Assembly (NCBI GenBank): GCA_017626365.1
Contig: JAGAIV010000013.1
Location: 6,826-70,825 of the forward strand
From: Clostridia bacterium
Lineage (GTDB): Bacteria; Bacillota; Clostridia; TANB77; CAG-508
Length of the DNA: 64,000 nucleotides
Direction of reading: 5' to 3'
Shown: positions 9,500 to 22,004 of the stretch, in pieces
Position numbering within the stretch: position 1 is the stretch's first letter
How the letters are laid out: each line of letters begins with the position of its first letter
Program-made: the position numbers and the translations under genes
Notes under the pieces: generated by a model
The model's database searches: none
What the model was told of the DNA's origin: nothing
What the model saw: only the letters and a program-made list of their open reading frames with translations

Positions 9500-10673
9500 C
9501 TATTCATTTACTTCTTCTAATTTTTCAGATTTTTCTTTCCTAAAACTCAAATGTAGCAAAATTGGTGTGATGAACGTAACTAAGAATACTGTTATAACAA
9601 TAATTGAGAATACTTCCTCATTAATCATTCCAATTTGTTTTGCTTCATCAATCATAATAAAAGCCATTTCGCCACGGGTGGCCATTCCGATACCAATTTG
9701 TAAGCACTCTTTTCTCTTATAACCACATAATTTAGCACCAAGACCATTTCCGATTACTTTACTAAGAATGGTAATAACAGTAAACAAAATGATAAACTGC
9801 CAAACGTGATCTGTAAGAGATAATGTTGTTAGTTTTAAACCAATGCTTGCGAAGAAAATAGGGGAAAATAGCATATATACTAATACATCAATCTTATTTT
9901 TAATAAATTTTCCTTGCTTGGTATTTCCAACAACAAGTCCTGCAATATAGGCTCCAATAATACCACTAACTCCTAACGCTTCTGCAAGGTAAGAAAGAAG
10001 AAGTGCAAAAGAAAGTGAGAATATAGGTAATTCTTCTTTTCTTGGAAGCTTTGATTCTAACCATTCCATAAATTTAAACATAACAAGACCGAAGAGCGAT
10101 AGCAATGGCAAAAAAGATGATTACTTTTATAACTAATAAACAAATTGAAATAAAGGAAAAGTTTCCGTTATTTAAAATTAAAGTTAAGAAAACAACGCCA
10201 ATAATATCGTCAACAACGCCAGCACCTAAAATAGCTGTACCAACATTGGTTTTTAATTTTTTCATTTCAATTAAAGATTCTACTGTAATACTAACAGAAG
10301 TTGCAGTAATTACAATTCCGAAAAATAGATTTAAAGAATTATCAAGAGTATAAAATTTACTAAATAAAAACCCAAATAATAAGGGAATAATAACTCCAAT
10401 ACTTGCAATAATTACAAATTTTTTAGTACCTGCCATAAATTTTTTTAGACTTGTTTCCATGCCAGCTAAAAACATAATGAAAATAATTCCCAAGTTTGCC
10501 AAAAATTCTAAGATAGGATTAGATTGAATGATATTGAAAATAGCAGGACCTAATACAACACCTGCAATTAATCCACCAAGCATTTTAGGCATATGTATTT
10601 TTCCAGTTATCATACTAAAAAGTTTAACGAAAAGTATAATTAATCCAATATCCAATAAATATTTGTAATCCAC
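9500..10673 (-). CDS. CPA2-family cation/proton antiporter, reading frame interrupted once
   Basis: Multi-TM Na+/H+ exchanger-like sequence split into ORFs 10074..10673 and 9500..10111. The junction resolves by removing one C at CTT CGG TCT (plus 10069-10071). A T6 run at 10090-10095 is an alternative site. Confidence 0.7.
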
Positions 10674-10799
10674 GATTTTCTCCTTTGTATTTTATATTGC
10701 TACCATTATATCACAAAAAAATTATAAAAAAAGACTGTATAAATATTTTTTTTAAGTATATAATCTAGATAGTAAAAAATGAAAAAGGAGAGTGAAAAC

Positions 10800-11876
10800 A
10801 TGGACAGAAAAGTAAAAGTTGTTCAGTATGGAACAGGAAAAATGGCAATATATACAATGCGATATGTTTATGAAAAAGGTGGAGAAGTGGTAGGTGCAAT
10901 TGATATAAACCCAGCAGTCATTGGAAAAGATATTGGTGAAATTATGGGAGAAGAGAAAAAAGGCATTACAGTTACAGCCTTAGAAAATGCTGAAGAAATG
11001 TTAAAACAAGTAAAACCAGATATTTGTGTAGTAGAAACAAGAAGTTTATTTAGTGAAGTGAAAGATGCCTTATTATTATGTGCAAAATTAGGAATTAATG
11101 CAATTACTACTTGTGAAGAAGCTTTTTTTCCAGGGAATTCAAACCCAGTAGCAACTAAGGAAATTGATGATTTAGCAAAACAAAATAATTGCACTATTAC
11201 AGGAAGTGGATACCAAGATATTTATTGGGGACAATTAGTAACTTCTATTGCAGGTTCTACTCAAAGTATTACCAAAATTAAAGGAAGTTCAAGCTATAAT
11301 GTAGAAGATTATGGAATTGCTCTTGCCCAGGCCCATGGAGCGGGATTAACTTTAGAAGAATTTGAAAAACAAGTAGCATCTGCTGATAATATTTCAGAAG
11401 AAGAAAGAAACAAGTTAATTAATAGTGGAGAATTTTTACCATCTTATATGTGGAATGTCAATGGATGGCTTTGTGAAAAATTAGGATTAACCATAGAATC
11501 ACAAACACAAAAATGTATACCACAAACTCATACAGAAGATATATTTTCTTCTACTTTAAATATGACTGTAAAAGCTGGAGATGCTACAGGAATGAGTGCA
11601 GTAGTTACTACAAAAACAAAAGAAGGAATAACTTTAGAAACTGAATGTATTGGAAAAGTATATTCGAAAGATGATTACGACAAAAATGAATGGACTATCG
11701 AAGGAGAGCCAAACACAACGATTACCGTTGCAAAACCGCAAACTGTAGAATTAACATGTGCTACAATTGTAAATCGTATTCCAGATGTTATCAATGCAAA
11801 ACCAGGATATGTTCCAACTGAACAAATAGGAGAGTTAAATTTTAAAGTAAAACCATTAAATGAATATGTAAAATAA
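10800..11876 (+). CDS. DapB-like NAD(P)-dependent oxidoreductase (amine dehydrogenase / 2,4-diaminopentanoate dehydrogenase family?)
   Basis: N-terminal Rossmann motif VVQYGTGKMA..GAIDIN. About 360 aa, like the Ord/AmDH family. The track start at 10779 overlaps the RBS. Confidence 0.45.
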   Translation: MDRKVKVVQYGTGKMAIYTMRYVYEKGGEVVGAIDINPAVIGKDIGEIMGEEKKGITVTALENAEEMLKQVKPDICVVETRSLFSEVKDALLLCAKLGINAITTCEEAFFPGNSNPVATKEIDDLAKQNNCTITGSGYQDIYWGQLVTSIAGSTQSITKIKGSSSYNVEDYGIALAQAHGAGLTLEEFEKQVASADNISEEERNKLINSGEFLPSYMWNVNGWLCEKLGLTIESQTQKCIPQTHTEDIFSSTLNMTVKAGDATGMSAVVTTKTKEGITLETECIGKVYSKDDYDKNEWTIEGEPNTTITVAKPQTVELTCATIVNRIPDVINAKPGYVPTEQIGELNFKVKPLNEYVK

Positions 11877-11886
11877 AAATTGGATG

Positions 11887-11947
11887 AATTTAGGAACGGA
11901 GGAAAAAATCATCTTTCTCTTGAAAATGATTTTTTCCTCCGTCCCTG
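11887..11947 (+). terminator. hairpin terminator
   Basis: gaatttaggaacggaggaaaaaatcat...atgattttttcctccgtccctgaattc. Confidence 0.6.
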
Positions 11948-12019
11948 AATTCATTCTTGCATATTAATAAAATTAGTAGTAAAATATCAAAAGAAATAAA
12001 CAAAAGAAATGGAAGAAAT

Positions 12020-12673
12020 ATGAAACAAAGTTTAAAAAGAAAAATTGTATTAACAATAAAAAAGAATATGAAATGGATAATTTTATTTATATCTATGATA
12101 TTATTCTTTACAATTATAGAAGACGTATTAGATAATGAAATTTGGGCATTTGATAATATTGTATATGAAACAATATCTCATATTATATCAACCCCAGTTA
12201 CAGCTATACTTAAAGTAATAACTAATTTAGGGGGAGCAATAGGTATTATAACAGTAACAATACTTATTTTAATATTTTTAAAAAGCAATATACAAAAATT
12301 TTATGTTGTGTTAAATTTATTAATTATCACTATGTCGAATCAGATTTTAAAATACATTATTCAAAGACCACGTCCAATAGAACACAGAATTATTGATCAA
12401 TCAGGATATAGTTTTCCATCTGGACATTCCATGGTAAGTATGGCATTTTATGGTTTTTTGATTTATCTTATTTATAAAAATGTAGAAAACAAGTATATAA
12501 AATGGGGACTTTGTACATTACTATCGATTCTGATTTTATCTATAGGAATTAGTCGTATTTATTTAGGAGTACATTATGCAAGTGATGTAATAGGAGGATT
12601 TTGTTTATCGATTTCGTATTTAATTGTGTATACAAAAATGATAGGTAAAGATATAAAAAATAAAGGAGTGTAA
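12020..12673 (+). CDS. PAP2-family phosphatase (undecaprenyl-diphosphatase-like)
   Basis: PSGHS...SRIYLGVHYASDV motifs. The upstream ATG at 11957 lies inside the terminator, so 12020 is the likely start. Confidence 0.7.
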   Translation: MKQSLKRKIVLTIKKNMKWIILFISMILFFTIIEDVLDNEIWAFDNIVYETISHIISTPVTAILKVITNLGGAIGIITVTILILIFLKSNIQKFYVVLNLLIITMSNQILKYIIQRPRPIEHRIIDQSGYSFPSGHSMVSMAFYGFLIYLIYKNVENKYIKWGLCTLLSILILSIGISRIYLGVHYASDVIGGFCLSISYLIVYTKMIGKDIKNKGV

Positions 12674-12676
12674 GTT

Positions 12677-13633
12677 ATGGTAGAAAGAAGAAAAATTGTA
12701 CTAGTAGGAACTGGATTTGTAGGAATGAGTATGGCATATTCTTTACTAAACCAAGGAGGAGTTAACGAACTTGTTTTAATTGATGTCGTAAAAGAAAAAG
12801 CAGAAGGAGAAGCAATGGATTTATCACATGGTATGCCTTTTGCGCCAAGCAAAATGGACATTAAAGCAGGGGACTATTCAGAATGTAAAGATGCGAACAT
12901 TGTTGTTATTACAGCAGGATTAAACCAAAAACCAGGTCAAACAAGATTAGAACTTGCAAAAGCAAATGCAAAAATTATGAAAGATATTACAAAACAAGTA
13001 GTAGAAAGTGGCTTTAAGGGGATTTTTGTAGTAGCAAGTAACCCAGTAGATTTAATGACTTATGTTGTATATAAAACTTCAGGATTTCCAAAAGAAAAGG
13101 TAATTGGTTCTGGAACAGTTTTAGATACGGCAAGACTTCGTTTCTTAATTGGAGAATATTTACAAGTAGCAAGTAAAAATGTTCACGCCTATATTATGGG
13201 AGAGCATGGAGATTCTTCTTTTGTTCCATGGGGACATTGTTATGTAGGATGTAAAAAATTAATAGATGTAATGAATGAGAATGGAAAAGACTTAAAAGAT
13301 TTAGACAAGATTTATAATGATGTACAACAAGCAGCTTATGAAATTATTAATAAGAAAAAAGCTACTTATTATGGAATAGGAATTGCTTTAACAAGATTAA
13401 TAAAAGCTATTTTGGGAGATGAAAATGCAATTATGCCAGTATCTGCTTATCAAAATGGAGAATATGGGCATAGTGGAATATTTATAGGGGTTCCAGCTAT
13501 TATTAATAGAAATGGAATAAAAGAAATGGTGGAATTAAAACTAGAACCAGAAGATCAACAAAAATTTGACCATAGTTGTGAAGTGTTAACGAAAATGATT
13601 GAGGAAGAGATTAATCCGATTTTGGAAGAATAA
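12677..13633 (+). CDS. ldh: L-lactate dehydrogenase
   Basis: KIVLVGTGFVGMSMAYSL Rossmann N-terminus and LDH family core. Confidence 0.85.
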   Translation: MVERRKIVLVGTGFVGMSMAYSLLNQGGVNELVLIDVVKEKAEGEAMDLSHGMPFAPSKMDIKAGDYSECKDANIVVITAGLNQKPGQTRLELAKANAKIMKDITKQVVESGFKGIFVVASNPVDLMTYVVYKTSGFPKEKVIGSGTVLDTARLRFLIGEYLQVASKNVHAYIMGEHGDSSFVPWGHCYVGCKKLIDVMNENGKDLKDLDKIYNDVQQAAYEIINKKKATYYGIGIALTRLIKAILGDENAIMPVSAYQNGEYGHSGIFIGVPAIINRNGIKEMVELKLEPEDQQKFDHSCEVLTKMIEEEINPILEE

Positions 13634-13656
13634 TATGATGAAAAGAAACAGAAAAA

Positions 13657-15121
<1,465 letters not shown>

Positions 15122-15240
15122 TTAATTTCTCCGTTTTTTAAAATTATTTATTAGATTATATCACGAACTTCTTAAAAAAGTATAGAAGAAAAACAATTTT
15201 ATGATATAATTTGTAAAAAAATAGAAAAGGAAATAAAAGT

Positions 15241-15957
15241 ATGAATGAAATTCGAGAGAAATTATTTTCTTTGGCAGACGAAGAGTACCAAAAATTTCAT
15301 GGTTCGCTATGTCCAGGTACTAATAACATAATGGGAGTTCGAGTACCAGTACTTCGTAATTTTGCAAAAGAAATAGTAAAAAAAGATTGGAAAACATATT
15401 TAAAAAATGCAGATGATGACTATTATGAGGAAGTAATGTTACAAGGAATGGTAATTGGACTTGCCAAAATGGAATTAAAAGAAAGACTAGAGTATGTAGA
15501 AAAATTCGTACCGAAAATCGATAACTGGGCAGTCTGTGATGTAACATGTGCTGGGTTTAAATTTACAAAGAAATATACGAAAGAAGTATGGAAATTTTTG
15601 AAATCGTACTTAAAATCCAGTAAAGAATTTGAAATTCGTTTTGGAGTTGTGATGTTATTAGATTTTTATATAACAGAAGAATATATAGAAGATTTACTTA
15701 CCATATTAAATGGGATTCATCATGATGGCTACTATGTAAAAATGGCAGTAGCATGGGCGATTTCAATTTGTTATATTAAATTTCCAAAAGAAACATTTAA
15801 ATTATTAGAAAAAAACGATTTAGATAGTTTTACTTATAATAAAGCATTACAAAAAATCATAGAATCTTATCGTGTTAGTAAAGAAGATAAAGAAAAAATG
15901 CGAGTATTGAAACGAGAAAATGAAAAGAATAAAAAAGAAGATAAAGATAATTTTTAA
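15241..15957 (+). CDS. DNA alkylation repair protein (AlkD-like HEAT-repeat glycosylase family)
   Basis: Family-like architecture with motif NWAVCD and about 230 aa. Confidence 0.55.
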   Translation: MNEIREKLFSLADEEYQKFHGSLCPGTNNIMGVRVPVLRNFAKEIVKKDWKTYLKNADDDYYEEVMLQGMVIGLAKMELKERLEYVEKFVPKIDNWAVCDVTCAGFKFTKKYTKEVWKFLKSYLKSSKEFEIRFGVVMLLDFYITEEYIEDLLTILNGIHHDGYYVKMAVAWAISICYIKFPKETFKLLEKNDLDSFTYNKALQKIIESYRVSKEDKEKMRVLKRENEKNKKEDKDNF

Positions 15958-15986
15958 TCTTTATCTCCTTTTATCATATGTAGAAA

Positions 15987-16424
15987 TTATAATAATTGAT
16001 GTATCTTTTTACGTGAATCTGTTTCTAAAGCATAAACAGTATCAATATCGGTTCGTAAGTCTTTAATATCTTTTTGAATACTAGAAAGAGTATTTTGTAC
16101 CTGAGAAATAGTATTGTCAAATTTCTTTTCAAGATTAGAAATAGATTCTCTAATTTCAATATGCTCTTTGTGATTTTCTTCGTAATGTCTATCCACTTTT
16201 TCATTCAAAGAATCAAACTTTTTATCTAGGCAATCATATTTATTATTTAGACAATCATATTTATTATTTAGACAATCATATTTCTTATCTAGGCAATCAT
16301 ATTTTCCATCTAAAGATTTATATTGCTCAAATAGCATAGTTTGGTTCTGAGATAATGTTAAAGTAGTTTGGTTAATTTGTTTAAGCATATCAATGATATA
16401 AGACATGTTTTCTTGGTTTTCCAT
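15987..16424 (-). CDS. coiled-coil protein with four 7-aa (21-bp) tandem repeats (KYDCLNN/KYDCLDK)
   Basis: Perfect RBS aaaggaggtga. 21-bp DNA tandem repeats at 16222..16305. Confidence 0.5.
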   Translation of the reverse strand: MENQENMSYIIDMLKQINQTTLTLSQNQTMLFEQYKSLDGKYDCLDKKYDCLNNKYDCLNNKYDCLDKKFDSLNEKVDRHYEENHKEHIEIRESISNLEKKFDNTISQVQNTLSSIQKDIKDLRTDIDTVYALETDSRKKIHQLL

Positions 16425-16562
16425 TGGGTATCACCTCCTTTTAATTAGAAATTTGTATTTAACCCAATGTTTCAAACTCCTATTTGAAATCCTAACATAG
16501 TGTAATATTTTTGTCAATATATTTTTACAAAAAGACACAAAAATAAATTATGAAAAAATATT

Positions 16563-16693
16563 TGACAAACAAGCATATTTGTGATAAAATACTTATCTGT
16601 AATCCGCTTAATTAAGGTTCATAAAGGTTAATTTAGTTTAACTACCTAAAGTTTGGGATTAGCGAGTATACAAAAAAGGGAGGTGTACATAGA
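16563..16693 (+). promoter_or_regulatory. promoter (TTGACA ... TGnTAAAAT) plus a structured leader upstream of rplU (L21-leader-like)
   Basis: TTGACA at 16563 and extended -10 tgtgataaaat, followed by about a 100-nt leader before rplU. An L21 leader is a known Firmicutes cis-regulator. Confidence 0.4.
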
Positions 16694-17065
16694 ATGTACG
16701 CAATTATTGAAAGCTGTGGAAAACAATACAAAGTAGCTCAAGGTGATGTTGTATTTTTCGAAAAACTTGATGCAGAAGAAGGAAAAAAAGTAACATTTGA
16801 TAATGTTATCTTAGTAGCCGATGGAGAAAAAGTAGAAATCGGAAATCCTTATGTAAAAGGTTTCAAAGTAGAAGGAAAAGTAGTAGCACACGGAAAAGGT
16901 AAAAAAATTATTGTTTTCAAATATAAAGCAAAGAAAAACTATAAGAGAAAACAAGGACACAGACAACCATATACAAAGGTTGAAATTACAGCGATTAAAA
17001 AACCAGCTGCAAAGAAAACTGCTACAAAAGCAGAAGAAGCTAGTGATGCAAAAGTAGAAGCATAA
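16694..17065 (+). CDS. rplU: 50S ribosomal protein L21 (Lys/Ala-rich C-terminal extension)
   Basis: [14 protein letters not shown]... conserved L21. Confidence 0.9.
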   Translation: MYAIIESCGKQYKVAQGDVVFFEKLDAEEGKKVTFDNVILVADGEKVEIGNPYVKGFKVEGKVVAHGKGKKIIVFKYKAKKNYKRKQGHRQPYTKVEITAIKKPAAKKTATKAEEASDAKVEA

Positions 17066-17117
17066 TTAAAAAGAGAAATATAAAAACAAACATAAGCTAT
17101 GGAAGGAGTGAGAAAGC

Positions 17118-17390
17118 ATGGCTCATAAGAAAGGTCAAGGTAGTGTTAAGAACGGAAGAGACAGTGAGTCAAAACGTCTTGGCGTAAAACGTGCTGATGG
17201 TCAATTTGTATTAGCAGGAAATATATTAATGAGACAAAGAGGAACTCATATACATCCAGGAACAAATGTAGGAAAGGGTAGTGATGATACACTTTATGCA
17301 TTAGTAGATGGAACTGTTAAATTTGAAAGATTAGGAAAAGACAAGAAAAAAGTAAGTGTCTATCCAGTTGATACAGCAGAATCAAAATAA
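17118..17390 (+). CDS. rpmA: 50S ribosomal protein L27
   Basis: MAHKKGQGS... Confidence 0.9.
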   Translation: MAHKKGQGSVKNGRDSESKRLGVKRADGQFVLAGNILMRQRGTHIHPGTNVGKGSDDTLYALVDGTVKFERLGKDKKKVSVYPVDTAESK

Positions 17391-17398
17391 TGAAAATG

Positions 17399-17432
17399 GA
17401 CAACTCTAAAATATGAGTTGTCTTTTTTGATA
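17399..17432 (+). terminator. terminator after rpmA
   Basis: ggacaactc-taaaatat-gagttgtc plus T-run. Confidence 0.6.
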
Positions 17433-17481
17433 GAATACGGTATAATAATACTATTAGAAAAGAGAAAGGAAGGCATAAATC

Positions 17482-18483
17482 ATGGATAAGAAAAGAATAT
17501 TAACAGGTGATAGACCAACCGGAAAATTACATATAGGACATTATTTTGGCTCTTTACAAAATAGAGTGAAACTTCAAAATGAGCATGAAACTTTTATTGA
17601 AGTTGCAGATGTGCAGGCATTAACTGATAATTTTGCAAATCCGGAAAAAGTAAAAAATAATGTGAAAGAAATTATTATGGATCAATTAGCAGTAGGAATT
17701 GACCCAAATAAATCAACTATTTTTTTGCAATCCATGGTACCAGAAATTGCAGAACTTACTGTGTTTTATTCAAATCTTGTAACAATTGCAAGGCTTGAAA
17801 GAAACCCAACAGTAAAGACAGAAATTGCCCAAAAAAGAGAAATATTTGGGGAAAGTGTAACCTATGGATTCTTAGGCTATCCTGTAAGTCAAGCAGCAGA
17901 TATTACAGCATTTGATGCGACTATTATTCCAGTAGGAGAAGACCAACTACCATTAATAGAACAATGTAGAGAAATTGTAAGAAAATTTAATAGTATTTAT
18001 GGAGAAAACTTAAAAGAGCCTGAGGCTTATTTAGGAGAAAACAAAAGAATAAAAGGACTAGATGGAAATGAAAAAATGGGAAAATCTTTAGGAAATGCTA
18101 TTTATTTAGCTGATTCAGAAGAAGAAATTGCAAAAAAAGTAATGAGTGCTGTAACAGATCCTGCTAGAATAAAAAAGGATGATCCAGGAAATCCTAATGT
18201 TTGTATGGTTGCCTATTATCATAACTTATTTAGTAAAGGAGAAGTAGAAACGGTTTGCGAAGAATGTAAAGCTGGAAAACGTGGTTGTGTTGCTTGTAAA
18301 AAGCAATTAATTAAAAACATTGTAGAGCATTTAGCACCAATACAAGAGAGAAGACGCTATTATGAAGAAAGACCAGAAGAAGTAAAAGAAATCTTGATGG
18401 AAGGAACAAAAAAGGCAAGAAAAGAAGCAGAGGTTACCATGAAAAAAGTAAAACAAGCGATGAAATTAGATTATTTTGAATAG
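17482..18483 (+). CDS. trpS: tryptophan--tRNA ligase with a C-terminal Cys cluster
   Basis: [10 protein letters not shown] (HIGH) and KMGKS motifs, 333 aa. C-terminal C-x17-C-x2-C-x6-C-x2-C. Confidence 0.8.
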   Translation: MDKKRILTGDRPTGKLHIGHYFGSLQNRVKLQNEHETFIEVADVQALTDNFANPEKVKNNVKEIIMDQLAVGIDPNKSTIFLQSMVPEIAELTVFYSNLVTIARLERNPTVKTEIAQKREIFGESVTYGFLGYPVSQAADITAFDATIIPVGEDQLPLIEQCREIVRKFNSIYGENLKEPEAYLGENKRIKGLDGNEKMGKSLGNAIYLADSEEEIAKKVMSAVTDPARIKKDDPGNPNVCMVAYYHNLFSKGEVETVCEECKAGKRGCVACKKQLIKNIVEHLAPIQERRRYYEERPEEVKEILMEGTKKARKEAEVTMKKVKQAMKLDYFE

Positions 18484-18494
18484 AGGGGAGAAAC

Positions 18495-19767
<1,273 letters not shown>

Positions 19768-19775
19768 AATGAAAA

Positions 19776-19822
19776 AAGTCAAACAAAATTTTTGAAAAAG
19801 TTCAAACTTTTGTTTGACTTTT
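19776..19822 (+). terminator. terminator after obg (12-bp stem, 19-nt loop)
   Basis: agtcaaacaaaa...ttttgtttgact plus T-run. Confidence 0.55.
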
Positions 19823-19874
19823 TCTTTTTTTTGTGATACCATAGTGACAAATAAGAAAAAGGGAGTGATTTGGT

Positions 19875-20531
19875 TTGAAGAAAAAAGATCCAAATGAATT
19901 AAATAAGAGAGAAAAGGCAATATTAAAATACATCGAAAAGCAAATAGCATTAAATAGTTATCCACCATCTGTAAGAGAAATAGGAAAGGCAGTTGGTTTA
20001 AAATCAACTGCAACGGTTCATGGCTACCTTGCAAAGTTAGAAGAGAAGGGATATATAAAAAAGGAATCTCAAAAAGGAAGAACTTTAAAATTATTAAAGG
20101 GTGGACTAGACCAGAATAAAAATCAAACACAAATGAAAGAATTTTATTCTGGCAAAGAAATGGTTGAAGTACCAGTTATCGGAAAAATTACAGCAGGAGC
20201 TCCAATTTTAGCAGTAGAAAATATAACAGATACGTTCCCAATTCCAATTGATTTCGTTGGAAATAGTGAATCTTTTATGCTTACTGTTCGTGGAGAAAGT
20301 ATGATTGAAGCAGGGATTTTAGATGGAGATTATATTCTAATAAAAAGACAAGAAAATGCTAATAATGGAGAAATTGTTGTTGCATTAATTGAAGATGAAG
20401 CAACAGTAAAAACATTTTATAAAGAAAAAGACCATATTCGTTTACAACCAGAAAACTCTACGATGGACCCAATCATTGTACCAGATTGTAAAATACTTGG
20501 AAAAGTCGCTGGAGTATTTAGAAAAATGTAA
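19875..20531 (+). CDS. lexA: LexA repressor
   Basis: wHTH N-terminus with PSVREIG and an S24 peptidase domain (GESM...K). TTG start after RBS aagggagtg. Confidence 0.85.
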   Translation: MKKKDPNELNKREKAILKYIEKQIALNSYPPSVREIGKAVGLKSTATVHGYLAKLEEKGYIKKESQKGRTLKLLKGGLDQNKNQTQMKEFYSGKEMVEVPVIGKITAGAPILAVENITDTFPIPIDFVGNSESFMLTVRGESMIEAGILDGDYILIKRQENANNGEIVVALIEDEATVKTFYKEKDHIRLQPENSTMDPIIVPDCKILGKVAGVFRKM

Positions 20532-20544
20532 AAATAAGAAAAGG

Positions 20545-20575
20545 AGGGAGAACATACTGTTCTTCCTCCTCTTCT
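20545..20575. terminator. bidirectional GC-rich hairpin
   Basis: ggagggagaac-atact-gttcttcctcc. Confidence 0.55.
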
Positions 20576-20581
20576 CGCTAG

Positions 20582-20731
20582 CTAATCTCGATTTTTGCAA
20601 GAATTGTTTTGGGCACATTTTTGACATTGCCCAAGGCAATATGAGCAGAAAACCTTATGGTCACAGTCATTACATTTGCTGCCTTTTAAAGGACACTCAG
20701 ATGAATTAACATTAGTATTACTGTGCTCCAT
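20582..20731 (-). CDS. small Cys-rich peptide (49 aa, 8 Cys)
   Basis: MEHSNTNVNSSECPLKGSKCNDCDHKVFCSYCLGQCQKCAQNNSCKNRD. RBS gtgaggtaatttatATG. Convergent with lexA. Confidence 0.4.
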   Translation of the reverse strand: MEHSNTNVNSSECPLKGSKCNDCDHKVFCSYCLGQCQKCAQNNSCKNRD

Positions 20732-20868
20732 ATAAATTACCTCACTTTCTTGTTTATAGGATATCATTATAACAGAAAAATGATAAAATGACAACTTAAA
20801 TTAAAAATATACACAATATATATTTGTTATGATATAATATATTTGAAAAAAAATATGGGGGAACGGTA

Positions 20869-21963
20869 ATGAATTTTAAAATATTAAAATCAAAAAAAAT
20901 ATTAGCAATAGGAATAAGTGGTATATTTATTGTAATTGCTTTAGGAGTACTAATATATTTTAACTATGCTAGTAAAACAATTGAAACATCAGTACAACCA
21001 GAAGAAAATATTGTAGAAGAAGCAGATGGAGAGTATATTGATATTAATGAACTAGAAGAAGAGCAAGAAAATATGATAGAAGAAAATGTAGAAAATAATT
21101 CAAAAGAGAATAATACTGAAGGACAAAGCAAAAATCAAACTACAAATACTAATAAAAGTGCAAATACAGTTCCTTATTATATAAAAGTAAATTATGGAGC
21201 ACAAGTAGTAACCGTCTATAAAAAAGATGAAAACGGGGATTATACAGTTCCAATAAAAGCAATGGTATGCTCTACAGGAGTTGCTACTCCAAAATCTGGG
21301 GTATATTCTATTCCAGCAAGATGGAGATGGTTAGGACTTCAAGGCGGTGTATGTGGGCAATATTGTACACAAATCAAAGGAAATATTTTATTTCATTCAG
21401 TTCCTTATCTAGAAAAAGGAAATCCCGCAAGTTTAGAATATTGGGAATATGATAAACTAGGAACTTATGCATCAGCAGGTTGTATTCGTTTAACGGTATC
21501 AGATGCTATGTGGATATATAATAATTGTGCAAAAGGAACAAAAGTAGAATTTTATAGTAGTATGAATCCGGGACCATTAGGAAAACCTTCTGCTAAAAAA
21601 ATATCTTCTTATCCTGATAATCTAAGAAACTGGGACCCAACCGACCCAAATCCAAATAATCCTTGGAAAAGTTATCAAGAACCTAAAAAAACGGACACAA
21701 ATAATAATAAAACAAATACAACGGTACAAAATAATACAACAAATACAACATTACCAAATAATACAAACAATAGTAACGTTATAAAAAATGAAGCTAAGGA
21801 AGATAATAATAATGTAGTAAAAAATGAAGTTTCAAATATTACAACAAATGGAAAGAATGAAGTAATAAAGAATGAAACGACAAAACAAGAAAGTGAAAAA
21901 AATGACTTAAATCAAAACAATGTTAATATTAAAACAGAGAATAAAGTAATAAATACAATTTAA
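20869..21963 (+). CDS. L,D-transpeptidase (YkuD domain) with N-terminal TM and Asn/Thr-rich C-terminal tail
   Basis: HSVPY...ASAGCIRL catalytic His/Cys. RBS gggggaacggtaATG. Confidence 0.75.
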   Translation: MNFKILKSKKILAIGISGIFIVIALGVLIYFNYASKTIETSVQPEENIVEEADGEYIDINELEEEQENMIEENVENNSKENNTEGQSKNQTTNTNKSANTVPYYIKVNYGAQVVTVYKKDENGDYTVPIKAMVCSTGVATPKSGVYSIPARWRWLGLQGGVCGQYCTQIKGNILFHSVPYLEKGNPASLEYWEYDKLGTYASAGCIRLTVSDAMWIYNNCAKGTKVEFYSSMNPGPLGKPSAKKISSYPDNLRNWDPTDPNPNNPWKSYQEPKKTDTNNNKTNTTVQNNTTNTTLPNNTNNSNVIKNEAKEDNNNVVKNEVSNITTNGKNEVIKNETTKQESEKNDLNQNNVNIKTENKVINTI

Positions 21964-22004
21964 TAAAGAAGACTCGAAAGTGAAGAACTTTCGAGTCTTT
22001 GCTT

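Noticed and set aside
9396-9722. ORF 9396..9722 on the plus strand.
   Set aside because: It overlaps the DUF951 gene out of frame and runs antisense into the antiporter, so it is spurious.
17391-17481. T-box riboswitch leaders upstream of trpS and gltX.
   Set aside because: The leaders are about 90 nt and consist of a promoter plus RBS only. There is no specifier loop or T-box sequence.
19823-19874. LexA (Cheo) box upstream of lexA.
   Set aside because: Only a loose GAA-N4-TTC inside the obg terminator loop was found. There is no convincing GAAC-N4-GTTC.
20476-20709. Plus-strand ORF overlapping the Cys-rich peptide.
   Set aside because: It has no RBS and runs through the lexA terminator. 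The minus-strand Cys-rich ORF, which has an SD, is preferred.
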